This document shows positions 25,054-33,868 of a stretch of 64,000 nt of DNA, one piece after another. The notes beneath the pieces are model-generated. The model saw nothing but the letters and a program-made list of their open reading frames with translations, was not told the origin of the DNA and searched no databases. Where the stretch lies: positions 186,001 through 250,000 of IMG/VR virus record IMGVR_UViG_3300032240_001991, one strand, 5' to 3'. Both the position numbers and the translations under genes were made by a program. The first letter of the stretch is position 1, and every line of letters starts with the position of its first letter.

Positions 25054-25344
25054 ATGGCAAAAAAATATCTTAATAAAGACCAACTTAAATCATTTAAATT
25101 TCAATCACAAATATGGATATCTCTAGCAGTAGTAATGCTAGTAGTATTAAGTTTAGAAATTAATAAACACGGATTAAACAGTCCTCTTATTTTCTGGTAT
25201 TCTATTACAATTGGAACCAGTTGGTGGAGTTGGACAATGTATGTAATTAACGCATTGATAAACCAACGCATTGCCGAAACGGAATTACTAGACGATCTAA
25301 AAAATGATGTCAAGTTAATAAGAACTGATATTATAGACAAATAA
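25054..25344 (+). CDS. Small membrane protein
   Basis: Two hydrophobic segments. Confidence 0.6.
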   Translation: MAKKYLNKDQLKSFKFQSQIWISLAVVMLVVLSLEINKHGLNSPLIFWYSITIGTSWWSWTMYVINALINQRIAETELLDDLKNDVKLIRTDIIDK

Positions 25345-25370
25345 ATACTGTCCTTAAGTAATTCGGTCTT

Positions 25371-25430
25371 GGCGTCATCCCGGTTGATAAATTCTGCCGC
25401 CTATGCTATTATATACCATAGGAGGTTAAA
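25371..25430 (+). promoter_or_regulatory. Candidate riboswitch-like leader of queD
   Basis: GGCGTCA/TGCCGCC helix overlaps an alternative CCTATG/CATAGG hairpin that covers the AGGAGG RBS. Confidence 0.5.
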
Positions 25431-25961
25431 ATGTATACTAGTACTAAGTTTTTTAAAGAAATTGGACCTTGCGCTTATCGCAATTGGAAGTCAGATACAG
25501 ACTGTTATATGCTTCACGGCTACGATCGTAGCTTTCGATTTGTATTTGGAGCATCTCACCTAGATAAGCAAGGGTTTGTTGTAGATTTTGGTGGCCTAAA
25601 AGCCATCAAGCGTCAACTGGAAGATTGGTTTGATCACACAGTAATCTTACAGGCTGACGATCCTTTGGTTCATACATTCAGACATTTAACCAAGTTAGGC
25701 CACTGCAAACTTCAGACGTTTCCGTTGATTAGTTGCGAAGGGTTGTCTGAGTATGTAGGAGAATACGTAGATCACATGCTTTACGAAGCCAATGGGGGTC
25801 GTAATTGGGTCATTAGCTGTGAAATGATTGAAGCTGAAAAGAATAGTGCTATCTACACTATACAGCATGACAATCCAGATCGCATGCGTTGGCACGATCT
25901 ACAGGCTTTCAACAAAGAGATGGAAGAAGAAGCTGGTAAGATTGAATTTAAGGATCTATGA
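25431..25961 (+). CDS. queD: 6-carboxy-tetrahydropterin synthase (QueD/PTPS family)
   Basis: CAYR..C..LHGYD (QueD-type CxxxHG), [25 protein letters not shown]. Confidence 0.85.
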   Translation: MYTSTKFFKEIGPCAYRNWKSDTDCYMLHGYDRSFRFVFGASHLDKQGFVVDFGGLKAIKRQLEDWFDHTVILQADDPLVHTFRHLTKLGHCKLQTFPLISCEGLSEYVGEYVDHMLYEANGGRNWVISCEMIEAEKNSAIYTIQHDNPDRMRWHDLQAFNKEMEEEAGKIEFKDL

Positions 25962-26893
25962 TGAAGAAAATTTTAGTTACCGGCGGTGCTGGATTTCTAG
26001 GTAGTCATTTGTGTGATAAATTAGTAACACAAGGCCATCATGTGCTTTGTGTTGATAATTATTTTACAGGTAGTAAAAAAAACATTGAACCATTACTTCG
26101 TTATCCTAATTTTGAAGTAATTCGTCAGGATGTCTGTTTTCCCCTCTATGTTGAAGTAGATGAAATTTACAATCTCGCTTGTCCTGCAAGTCCTGTTCAC
26201 TATCAGCACGACCCTATTCAAACTACTAAAACCAGTATCTTAGGTGCATATAATCTATTAGGTTTGGCTAAACGCACTGGCGCTAAAATCTTACAAGCAT
26301 CTACTAGCGAAGTGTACGGTGATCCGTTGGAACATCCGCAGCGCGAAGAATACTGGGGAAATGTAAACCCAATTGGAATTCGTAGTTGTTACGACGAAGG
26401 TAAAAGAGCAGCAGAAACTTTGTTCTTTGATTATCACCGTCAGCATAAAGTTCGTATCAAAGTTGCGCGTATTTTTAATACTTATGGTCCTCGTATGGCA
26501 GCAAACGACGGGCGAGTAGTTAGCAACTTTATTGTGCAGGCACTTAAAGATAAAGATATTACTATATACGGAGATGGAACACAAACACGAAGTTTTTGTT
26601 ATGTTGACGATCTAGTATATGGGTTAATGTCGTTAATGAATAGCAAAGATTCTATTACTGGGCCAATTAATTTAGGAAACCCAGGTGAGTTTACTATTTT
26701 AGAATTAGCAGAAAAAGTTATTGAAAAAACTGGATCTTCTAGCAAAATTGTATTCAAACCTCTTCCGGGAGATGATCCAAAACAGCGGCAACCGGATATC
26801 ACAAGGGCGCAGGTATTATTGGATTGGAATCCAGAGATTATTTTAGATAATGGACTTGCAGACACTATTAATTATTTTAAAAATGTTGTATAA
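25958..26893 (+). CDS. UDP-glucuronate decarboxylase (UDP-xylose synthase), SDR family
   Basis: [53 protein letters not shown]. Confidence 0.95.
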   Translation: MMKKILVTGGAGFLGSHLCDKLVTQGHHVLCVDNYFTGSKKNIEPLLRYPNFEVIRQDVCFPLYVEVDEIYNLACPASPVHYQHDPIQTTKTSILGAYNLLGLAKRTGAKILQASTSEVYGDPLEHPQREEYWGNVNPIGIRSCYDEGKRAAETLFFDYHRQHKVRIKVARIFNTYGPRMAANDGRVVSNFIVQALKDKDITIYGDGTQTRSFCYVDDLVYGLMSLMNSKDSITGPINLGNPGEFTILELAEKVIEKTGSSSKIVFKPLPGDDPKQRQPDITRAQVLLDWNPEIILDNGLADTINYFKNVV

Positions 26894-26901
26894 TTTACCA
26901 C

Positions 26902-27939
26902 ATGACACAACACATTAAACGTATTGGATTTGCTTGTAAGTGGATTGATCGTCCAGATCAATGCGATGGTATTTCTGCTAAGGATGATGCCAAACAATAT
27001 AATACCGCTGGTACCACTGTAGCATGGCTCAATCGACAAAGTCGAGATGTTGCAGAGCAAAAGCTTTGGGACATTATGGTTTACAACATTAATGCAACTA
27101 AACGGCTAGTAGAAAGGGTAGGATCGCTAGATAATCATCTACGTATGGTAAGGTTGTCTAGTGATTTACTGCCAGTGTATACTGAATCAAATTGGTGCTA
27201 CTACTGGCGTAAACCGGATGTGATACAATACTGCGAACAAGGATTTGCAGAGATTGGTAATATTGCTAGGCAATTAGGTGTTCGTCTTAGTTTCCATCCA
27301 GGCCAGTTTACTGTACTAGCTAGCGACAATCCTGATATTGTTAATCGGTCAATAGAAGAATTTGAGTATCATGCAGATATGGTGCGGTGGATGGGTTATG
27401 GTCAACAATTTCAAGACTTTAAGATTAATGTGCATATCGCTGGTCGACTAGGCGCACAAGGTATTCGTGATGTGTACCCTCGGCTAAGTACTGAGGCTCG
27501 TAACACCATCACTATTGAGAACGAGGAGATGGCGCATGGGTTGGATGATTGTCTTGAGTTGGCGGATTTGGTTCCTATCGTGCTTGATATTCATCATCAC
27601 TGGATTCGTGAAGGGGAATACATACGAGCCACTGATCCGCGTGTGGGAATGGTGGTGGACAGCTGGCGTATGGTTAGGCCTGTTATCCATTATAGTGTGT
27701 CTCGTGAGGACATTCTTCTAGATCATTGTAGCGAAACATTGCCTGATCATGCAAGTCTATTAGAATCCGGTCATAAAAAACAAAAGCTCCGTGCCCATAG
27801 TGACTTCTATTGGAATAGATCTGTCAACAAATGGGCATTAAGCTTTTTAGATCAATTTGATCTAATGTGCGAAGCAAAGGGCAAGAATCTTGCTAGCTTT
27901 GCTTTGCACACACAGGCAAAAGAATTAAACCTGCTTTGA
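26902..27939 (+). CDS. uvsE: UV-damage endonuclease (UVDE)
   Basis: RIGFACK, MVRLSSDLLP, RLSFHPGQF..LAS, IENEE, VLDIHHH, RAHSD, MCEAKGK. Confidence 0.93.
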   Translation: MTQHIKRIGFACKWIDRPDQCDGISAKDDAKQYNTAGTTVAWLNRQSRDVAEQKLWDIMVYNINATKRLVERVGSLDNHLRMVRLSSDLLPVYTESNWCYYWRKPDVIQYCEQGFAEIGNIARQLGVRLSFHPGQFTVLASDNPDIVNRSIEEFEYHADMVRWMGYGQQFQDFKINVHIAGRLGAQGIRDVYPRLSTEARNTITIENEEMAHGLDDCLELADLVPIVLDIHHHWIREGEYIRATDPRVGMVVDSWRMVRPVIHYSVSREDILLDHCSETLPDHASLLESGHKKQKLRAHSDFYWNRSVNKWALSFLDQFDLMCEAKGKNLASFALHTQAKELNLL

Positions 27940-28215
27940 AGCTTTACGCTTCTTAGCTTTCTTAACTTTATCAGTTGATGAAACAACTTCGAGTGTAGGT
28001 TTTCTCGGCTTGCGAGTTTTCTTAACTGGAGCAACTTCTACAACTGGTGTTACTTTTACTTTTTCAACTAATGCTGCAGGTGGAGCTTCAACTTCAGGAG
28101 CTAGCACCACTGGTTCATCCTCAACAGATTTTTTACTCCTGCCTGAGAAAGCCCAAACAATTATTCCAAGAAATAATACCACTCCGCCAACAACATATAC
28201 TAATGTTTCGTCCAT
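27925..28215 (-). CDS. Small single-TM protein with basic tail
   Basis: N-terminal TM helix, Pro/Lys-rich tail; GGAG-like RBS on the minus strand. Confidence 0.6.
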   Translation of the reverse strand: MDETLVYVVGGVVLFLGIIVWAFSGRSKKSVEDEPVVLAPEVEAPPAALVEKVKVTPVVEVAPVKKTRKPRKPTLEVVSSTDKVKKAKKRKASKQV

Positions 28216-28309
28216 ATAGGATCTCCTTTATATACCTACATATTTAATCTCAATAAATACCTAGATAAAAAAATGTTGATCTTAAACAAAAAAATAACCA
28301 TAATAAGCA

Positions 28310-29038
28310 ATGCTTAAAATAAAAAATATAACAGCAAAGATAAGAGACAATAACGTATTAGAAAAAATTGATCTAGAGGTTAATAGCGGTGAAATACACG
28401 CTATTTTAGGTCCAAAACATTCTGGTAAATCAAGCCTAGTGCAAGTTATTGCAGGCAATCCTTTGTTAGAAATCAAAGAAGGGTCAGTTCTTTTTAAAAG
28501 AAAAGCAATCCTTAAAAAAACGCCAGATCAACGAAGCGTGACTGGAATTTTCACTGCATTTCAATACCCTCCTGTGTTAGATGGGATAAGCAATTTTGAA
28601 ATGTCTAAAGAAATACTTAAGGCGCATAAAGACACTCGTAACCTTGTTGAAGTTGAAAAGGAATACAAGTCTTTACTTAAAAAATTAGGTTTGAGCTCAA
28701 ATCACGGAAGCAAGTGGGTTAACGACGAAACTGTCACCATTACAGAAAGTAAAAAGAACGAGCTACTACAAATGCTATTGTTAAACCCTGATTTGGTTGT
28801 TCTTGACGAAATTGATCAAGAAGTTGAAACAGAAGAACTTGAGTCAATCGCAGAACATATAAAAAACTTCTTAAGTAAGAAAAATAAAGCTGCTATTGTA
28901 GTTACTCAAAATATAGATTTCTTAAAAATGCTTAATCCAACCCATGTAAATGTAATAGTTGACGGGTCTATTAAGACGCAAGGATCAAAAGAATTAATTA
29001 AAAGGATCGTAAAAGATGGCTATTCACAGTTTTCTTAA
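28310..29038 (+). CDS. sufC: SufC-like ABC ATPase (degenerate signature)
   Basis: GEIHAILGPKHSGKSS Walker A, AFQYP, KKNELLQMLLLNP.LVVLDEID, PTHVNVIVDG.I...G. Confidence 0.8.
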   Translation: MLKIKNITAKIRDNNVLEKIDLEVNSGEIHAILGPKHSGKSSLVQVIAGNPLLEIKEGSVLFKRKAILKKTPDQRSVTGIFTAFQYPPVLDGISNFEMSKEILKAHKDTRNLVEVEKEYKSLLKKLGLSSNHGSKWVNDETVTITESKKNELLQMLLLNPDLVVLDEIDQEVETEELESIAEHIKNFLSKKNKAAIVVTQNIDFLKMLNPTHVNVIVDGSIKTQGSKELIKRIVKDGYSQFS

Positions 29039-29840
29039 AGCCGAAAAAGGTGATCCTGATTGGCAATTTAGCCCCGAAGATTACTTTGGAAAAGAATTTA
29101 AAATCATTGATGCTAATATGATTGAGATTGAAGAAAATCAATCCGAGCGTGTGGTACTACGTCAAAACCCTACTGAGAAAGATTTACTAGCTAAAAGACT
29201 AAACATAGTTCTGCAGAAAAATTCTATTTTAGATTTAATCATCCTCAATGAAGTTGACAGTTGCTTACAGCAGGTATTTCTATACGATGTGCATCTAAAA
29301 CCTGGAGCATCTTTGTCGTTAGGCATGTTTGTTAAAGACGGAAAATTAAATAAGCACATTATACAAGTATACTGTGAAGATAATGCCGTTCTTACAGTAT
29401 ACGGACTAATCTCTAATGATGTAGAAGGTGATTCTGAAATAATCACCAAAGTAATACAAAATGGAGAATCTTCAATTAGCAATCAGCTTGTGCTATCATT
29501 AGCAGGCAATAAAGCACAGACAGTATGTCAAGGAACTGTAATTGCTAACGAGTCTGCAGTTGGCAGTCATATTAATCTTGAAAATTCTAATTTAGTAACT
29601 GGAGAAGGCGGCCGTTGTTTTTCTAAGCCCGAAACTTATCATAGTGCGGAGTATATTACATCAAATATAGGTAATGAAACTAGCACAATAAGTGAAGAAA
29701 AAATTGGATACCTACAGAGTCGAGGGATAAGTGAAAAGATTGCTAGAAATCTTATAATCACTAGTTTTAGAAATCAAGTCATTGATCTAGTAACCCAAGC
29801 ACAAATTAAAGAAGAAATAAAAGAAATGTATGTAGATTAA
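29016..29840 (+). CDS. sufD: SufD/SufBD-superfamily beta-helix protein
   Basis: Follows sufC; YLQSRGISEKIARNLII C-terminal motif. Confidence 0.7.
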   Translation: MAIHSFLKAEKGDPDWQFSPEDYFGKEFKIIDANMIEIEENQSERVVLRQNPTEKDLLAKRLNIVLQKNSILDLIILNEVDSCLQQVFLYDVHLKPGASLSLGMFVKDGKLNKHIIQVYCEDNAVLTVYGLISNDVEGDSEIITKVIQNGESSISNQLVLSLAGNKAQTVCQGTVIANESAVGSHINLENSNLVTGEGGRCFSKPETYHSAEYITSNIGNETSTISEEKIGYLQSRGISEKIARNLIITSFRNQVIDLVTQAQIKEEIKEMYVD

Positions 29841-29932
29841 TCTGTCCAAATTGCTAGGGTGTTTTTTAGGTAAATACCTTAGCAATTATTAAAAGCCAAA
29901 TTTCAGGTAAATATGGCTAATAAGGGACAGCT

Positions 29933-31042
29933 ATGACAACTACTTCCACTTTTTTACCTATCGATATAGGATCGGGACCTAATGACGGAACCGGTGATAA
30001 TATACGCGATGCATTTAATAAGATAAATGCAAACTTTGCGTCTCTCTTTACTGCTGTTGGTTCAACTGGAACCTACGGTATTACTTATACTAGCTTAGTT
30101 GACGGACCTGGTAGTTATAGCACCGGTACCTCTAAAGTAGGAACTGGACCCATATTAGTTGGTGTTAATAATTCTGGAACATTAGTACAAAATTGGCTAG
30201 TTAACGGAATTAACGGAGTAACTGTTACTGCGGATCCACATGTTAATGTTGTGTCTATTAGCGGAACTGGTATCAGTGGATATAACGGAAGTAAAGGCAG
30301 CATTGGTTACTCAGGATCCGTAGGCAGGATTGGTCCATTAGGCTATGTAGGTTCAATAGGCTATGTAGGTAGTTCTTCTGGGTTTACAGGATCAGCAAGC
30401 ACCTATAGAGGGTTTAACGGTAGTCAAGGAGCAACTGGATATACAGGAAGCACCGGAGTAGGATATAACGGTTCTAAAGGCGATATTGGTAGCATTGGAT
30501 ATATAGGAAGTCTAGGAAATCCAGGTTATTTTGGATCAGCTAGTACAATTGGCGGATACACTGGATCGGGTGCTGGATTTACTGGAAGTATAGGGTACAC
30601 CGGCTCGTACGGTACTATAGGAGCGTATGCTTCAGGAACTTACTATCCTACGTTATCATCTGGTGCTGGATCTCTAGCTCTAGTTATAGATACAGCAAAC
30701 TTAACTTATAACGGCGGAACTCTTACCGCACCAACTATCAATGCTTCGTCAGATTTAAGACTTAAAAATGTAGTAGGACCAATTTCTAATGCATTAGAAA
30801 AAGTTAATAATATAAACGGCGTAGAATTCTACTGGAATGACTCTGCTAAATCTAGGGGTATTACTGTTGACAGTTTACAGCTAGGTGTTATTGCACAAGA
30901 AATTAGAGAAATTATACCTGGCGTAGTATCAGAAAATTCTGATGGACAATTAACTGTTAATTATATTCAATTGGTTCCTCTATTAATTGAGGCAGTTAAA
31001 GAGTTAAGCAAGAAGGTTAATGATCTAAGCGGAGTAAATTAA
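29933..31042 (+). CDS. Tail fibre with collagen-like G-X-Y region and C-terminal intramolecular chaperone (peptidase S74)
   Basis: IDIGSGPNDGTGDNIRDAF.KIN.NF N-terminal anchor; GYxGS repeats; SDLRLKN...GVIAQE...VNY..LVPLLIEAVKEL. Confidence 0.85.
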   Translation: MTTTSTFLPIDIGSGPNDGTGDNIRDAFNKINANFASLFTAVGSTGTYGITYTSLVDGPGSYSTGTSKVGTGPILVGVNNSGTLVQNWLVNGINGVTVTADPHVNVVSISGTGISGYNGSKGSIGYSGSVGRIGPLGYVGSIGYVGSSSGFTGSASTYRGFNGSQGATGYTGSTGVGYNGSKGDIGSIGYIGSLGNPGYFGSASTIGGYTGSGAGFTGSIGYTGSYGTIGAYASGTYYPTLSSGAGSLALVIDTANLTYNGGTLTAPTINASSDLRLKNVVGPISNALEKVNNINGVEFYWNDSAKSRGITVDSLQLGVIAQEIREIIPGVVSENSDGQLTVNYIQLVPLLIEAVKELSKKVNDLSGVN

Positions 31043-32139
31043 TGGACGCTCCGGTATGGCAGACATCAGCAGGATTTTTAGGCACTGTTACAGAAAGAAC
31101 ATTGTCTACCTTTACGCTTTCAGCTGAAAATGCCAATTCTTTTCTAGTAATAAGTGGAGAGTTGCCAACTGGTCTAACTATTTCAAACGATGGCGTAATT
31201 TCTGGAATTACAGCAAGTATTGGTGGAATATTACGTAAACAATTTGTTGTAAGAGCATCTAACACTACAGGTATAACAGACAGAACATTTATTATAGATG
31301 TTACTGGATTGAGTTCTTTATCTTGGGTTACTCCAGGAACAGAAAATACATCTACAAACGGATTTTTACAAGTAGGCAGAGGAAATGAATTTTACGTAAT
31401 TAATAGAGAATATGTTGATTTTCAGTTTGAAGCTAACTTAGGTGAAGTAGAAGTAGGTCTATCTAGTCCATCTCCTGCTAAAAAAAGTAAAATCTATGTT
31501 AGCACGTTAACAAATGTAGATATGGGACAGCCTGGTACTTGGAGGATTGTTTCTGCTAATGGTCTACAACTAGGCACAACTATTACCGGCATTTCTACTG
31601 TTTTTAATCCAACCTATTTAGGATATGGAGTGAGCATAAGTTTGCCTACAACATCCTTAGTAACCGGTCCTATTACACTTTATGATCCTTTGCCGTTTGG
31701 ACAAGAAATTGTATACTACATTGAAAGCGGCGCTGGACAACTCCCGCCTGGACTAACGTTGAACAAGCATGGCAAATTATACGGTTATCTTATGGACAAT
31801 CTTGGAATTGATACTAGAGTGTCTACCGGTGGGTATGACTCAGATCAGTTCTCTGGATACCCGTATGATCATGGAACATTAGTAGACGGACAGTATGTTA
31901 CTTCACTTACAAAATTTGTTCCTAAAATTTATCAATTCATTGTTACTGCATATAATGGAGTTAATACTGCAAAGAGAACATTTAAAATACTAGTTGTTGA
32001 CCCATCAAATTTAACTACAGACATCAACCAGTCGTATGCATCAGGTCCTTTATCGGTAGAGTCGTCATACTTGGTAACACCAACATGGTTAAAGCCAGTG
32101 TGGTTTGGATTTACATCAACAATAGGAATCGTATACTAA
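31042..32139 (+). CDS. Putative baseplate/structural protein with Ig-like repeats
   Basis: ISGELPTGLTIS.DGVISG and GQLPPGLTL..HGKLYG repeats. Confidence 0.65.
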   Translation: MDAPVWQTSAGFLGTVTERTLSTFTLSAENANSFLVISGELPTGLTISNDGVISGITASIGGILRKQFVVRASNTTGITDRTFIIDVTGLSSLSWVTPGTENTSTNGFLQVGRGNEFYVINREYVDFQFEANLGEVEVGLSSPSPAKKSKIYVSTLTNVDMGQPGTWRIVSANGLQLGTTITGISTVFNPTYLGYGVSISLPTTSLVTGPITLYDPLPFGQEIVYYIESGAGQLPPGLTLNKHGKLYGYLMDNLGIDTRVSTGGYDSDQFSGYPYDHGTLVDGQYVTSLTKFVPKIYQFIVTAYNGVNTAKRTFKILVVDPSNLTTDINQSYASGPLSVESSYLVTPTWLKPVWFGFTSTIGIVY

Positions 32140-32140
32140 A

Positions 32141-33856
32141 ATGTCAATCATTGATCTAGGTGCGATAAGAGCATCCGACAAACACATAATACAATTAAAC
32201 AGTTACGATCCTTATCCAACAACTGGTCCTTCATATTATAGATTTACCGCTGACAATATTTGGAGACCGTTTACTAACTACAACGAAGGGGATTGGGTAG
32301 TTTACTTTCCTTCATCGGCCGGTGGAGTTTTTTATGGCGGTCAATGGAGTGCTGCAAGTAATACACCAACTTTAGCAGACGGGATGTCTCTTCAAAGTGG
32401 CACTTTTTATACAGTAAATGCTACAGCTACTCTTAGTTTAGGATCTGGTTTAATTACTTTTGAAATTGGAGATATCGTAGTCTACAACGGTGCTACATGG
32501 AGTAAGGTAGCCGGTAAAGACGTTACACGCATATGCTTAACTTCCCACTATTCTGGAAATAGTTACAATCCAGCACTTTGGACTAATAATGCTCTTCCTC
32601 CTTATTACAACCTTGATGCAAGTTCTGGAGCACTATACGCAGACCTGCCTTATCTTCCTTTTTATAGTCAAACATATAATTTTACTATTAGAATAGATAA
32701 ACATGATGCATTAACAGCACAGATTGCATACGTTAATCAGCAATTTAAGTTAGTTATTAAAGGTCAAATTGATAATGCAATTAGTTTTATCACACCATCT
32801 AACTTAGGCTCTTTAAACACGGGATACCTAAGTGAACTAGCTGTAGTTGCTACCCATCAATACGATACGCTTTCAATTACATATACTATTATTGCCGGCG
32901 AACTACCACCAGGATTATCATTAGGGTTTGACGGATCAATTATTGGAAGAGTTGACTACGGAGCCGACTTAGGTCAATACAACTTTAGTGTAAGAGCTAC
33001 TGACTTATATAACCAAATTATAGAAAAAGATTTTTATATCAATGTAACTAAGTATGACGATTTAACATATACACAAATTTACGTAAGACCGTTTTTATTA
33101 AAAGATTCTAGATACGACTATTCGGTTTTTATCACAGATCCGTCAATCTTTGAATCTTCAAAAATGTATCGACCAGCTGATCCAAATTTTGGTGTACAAA
33201 GAGAAATAAAAATGTATCTTGAATATGGGATACAAAGAGTTAGACTATCAGATTATGTTGAAGCAATGGTCAAGTGCTTTACAAAAAAGAAAGTATTTTT
33301 TGGAGAAGTTAAAACTGTACCTGCTCAAGACGAATATGGAGATTATGTATACGATGTTGTTTACGTTGAGATTATTGATCCTTTAGAAAATGCTAACGGA
33401 GACTTTGTGGAAAGCTTCGTAGAAGCAAACACATTAGTATACCCTAACAGCATCGGAAACATGAGAAGAGCACTAGAATTAATTGAAATAGATGGAGCAA
33501 TTGTTAAAACTGATGAATATCAGTTACCAAAATGGATGAGAACTCCGCAATCTTCTGGCGTACCATTAAATTATGTAACTGCTGTTGTATTATGTTATAC
33601 ATCACCTAATATGGGATCGGCAATTGTGAAGAACATTAGAGATAGCGGGTTTAGTTTTAACACCATTAACTTTGACATTGATCGATTAGTTATTGAGGAT
33701 AATCTTAGTGTTAGTGGTGTAAGATATATGCCATTCTTTGAAACTGCTAGTACACAAGTTAACTTAGCAACATCAAACCAAGACGTACTAACAACGTTTG
33801 TACTAGGAACTGCTGGACCACTTACTGGAGACGACGGATCTCCAATTACAATATAA
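32141..33856 (+). CDS. Putative baseplate wedge/structural protein with Ig-like repeats
   Basis: AGELPPGLSLGFDGSIIG, YRPADPNFGVQ, YPNSIGNMR, LPKWMRTPQ, FDIDRLVI. Confidence 0.65.
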   Translation: MSIIDLGAIRASDKHIIQLNSYDPYPTTGPSYYRFTADNIWRPFTNYNEGDWVVYFPSSAGGVFYGGQWSAASNTPTLADGMSLQSGTFYTVNATATLSLGSGLITFEIGDIVVYNGATWSKVAGKDVTRICLTSHYSGNSYNPALWTNNALPPYYNLDASSGALYADLPYLPFYSQTYNFTIRIDKHDALTAQIAYVNQQFKLVIKGQIDNAISFITPSNLGSLNTGYLSELAVVATHQYDTLSITYTIIAGELPPGLSLGFDGSIIGRVDYGADLGQYNFSVRATDLYNQIIEKDFYINVTKYDDLTYTQIYVRPFLLKDSRYDYSVFITDPSIFESSKMYRPADPNFGVQREIKMYLEYGIQRVRLSDYVEAMVKCFTKKKVFFGEVKTVPAQDEYGDYVYDVVYVEIIDPLENANGDFVESFVEANTLVYPNSIGNMRRALELIEIDGAIVKTDEYQLPKWMRTPQSSGVPLNYVTAVVLCYTSPNMGSAIVKNIRDSGFSFNTINFDIDRLVIEDNLSVSGVRYMPFFETASTQVNLATSNQDVLTTFVLGTAGPLTGDDGSPITI

Positions 33857-33868
33857 TAGGAAATTAAC

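Noticed and set aside
26902-27939. UV-damage endonuclease as a novelty
   Set aside because: Clear call, but UVDE is already a known auxiliary gene of large phages; listed as a feature only.
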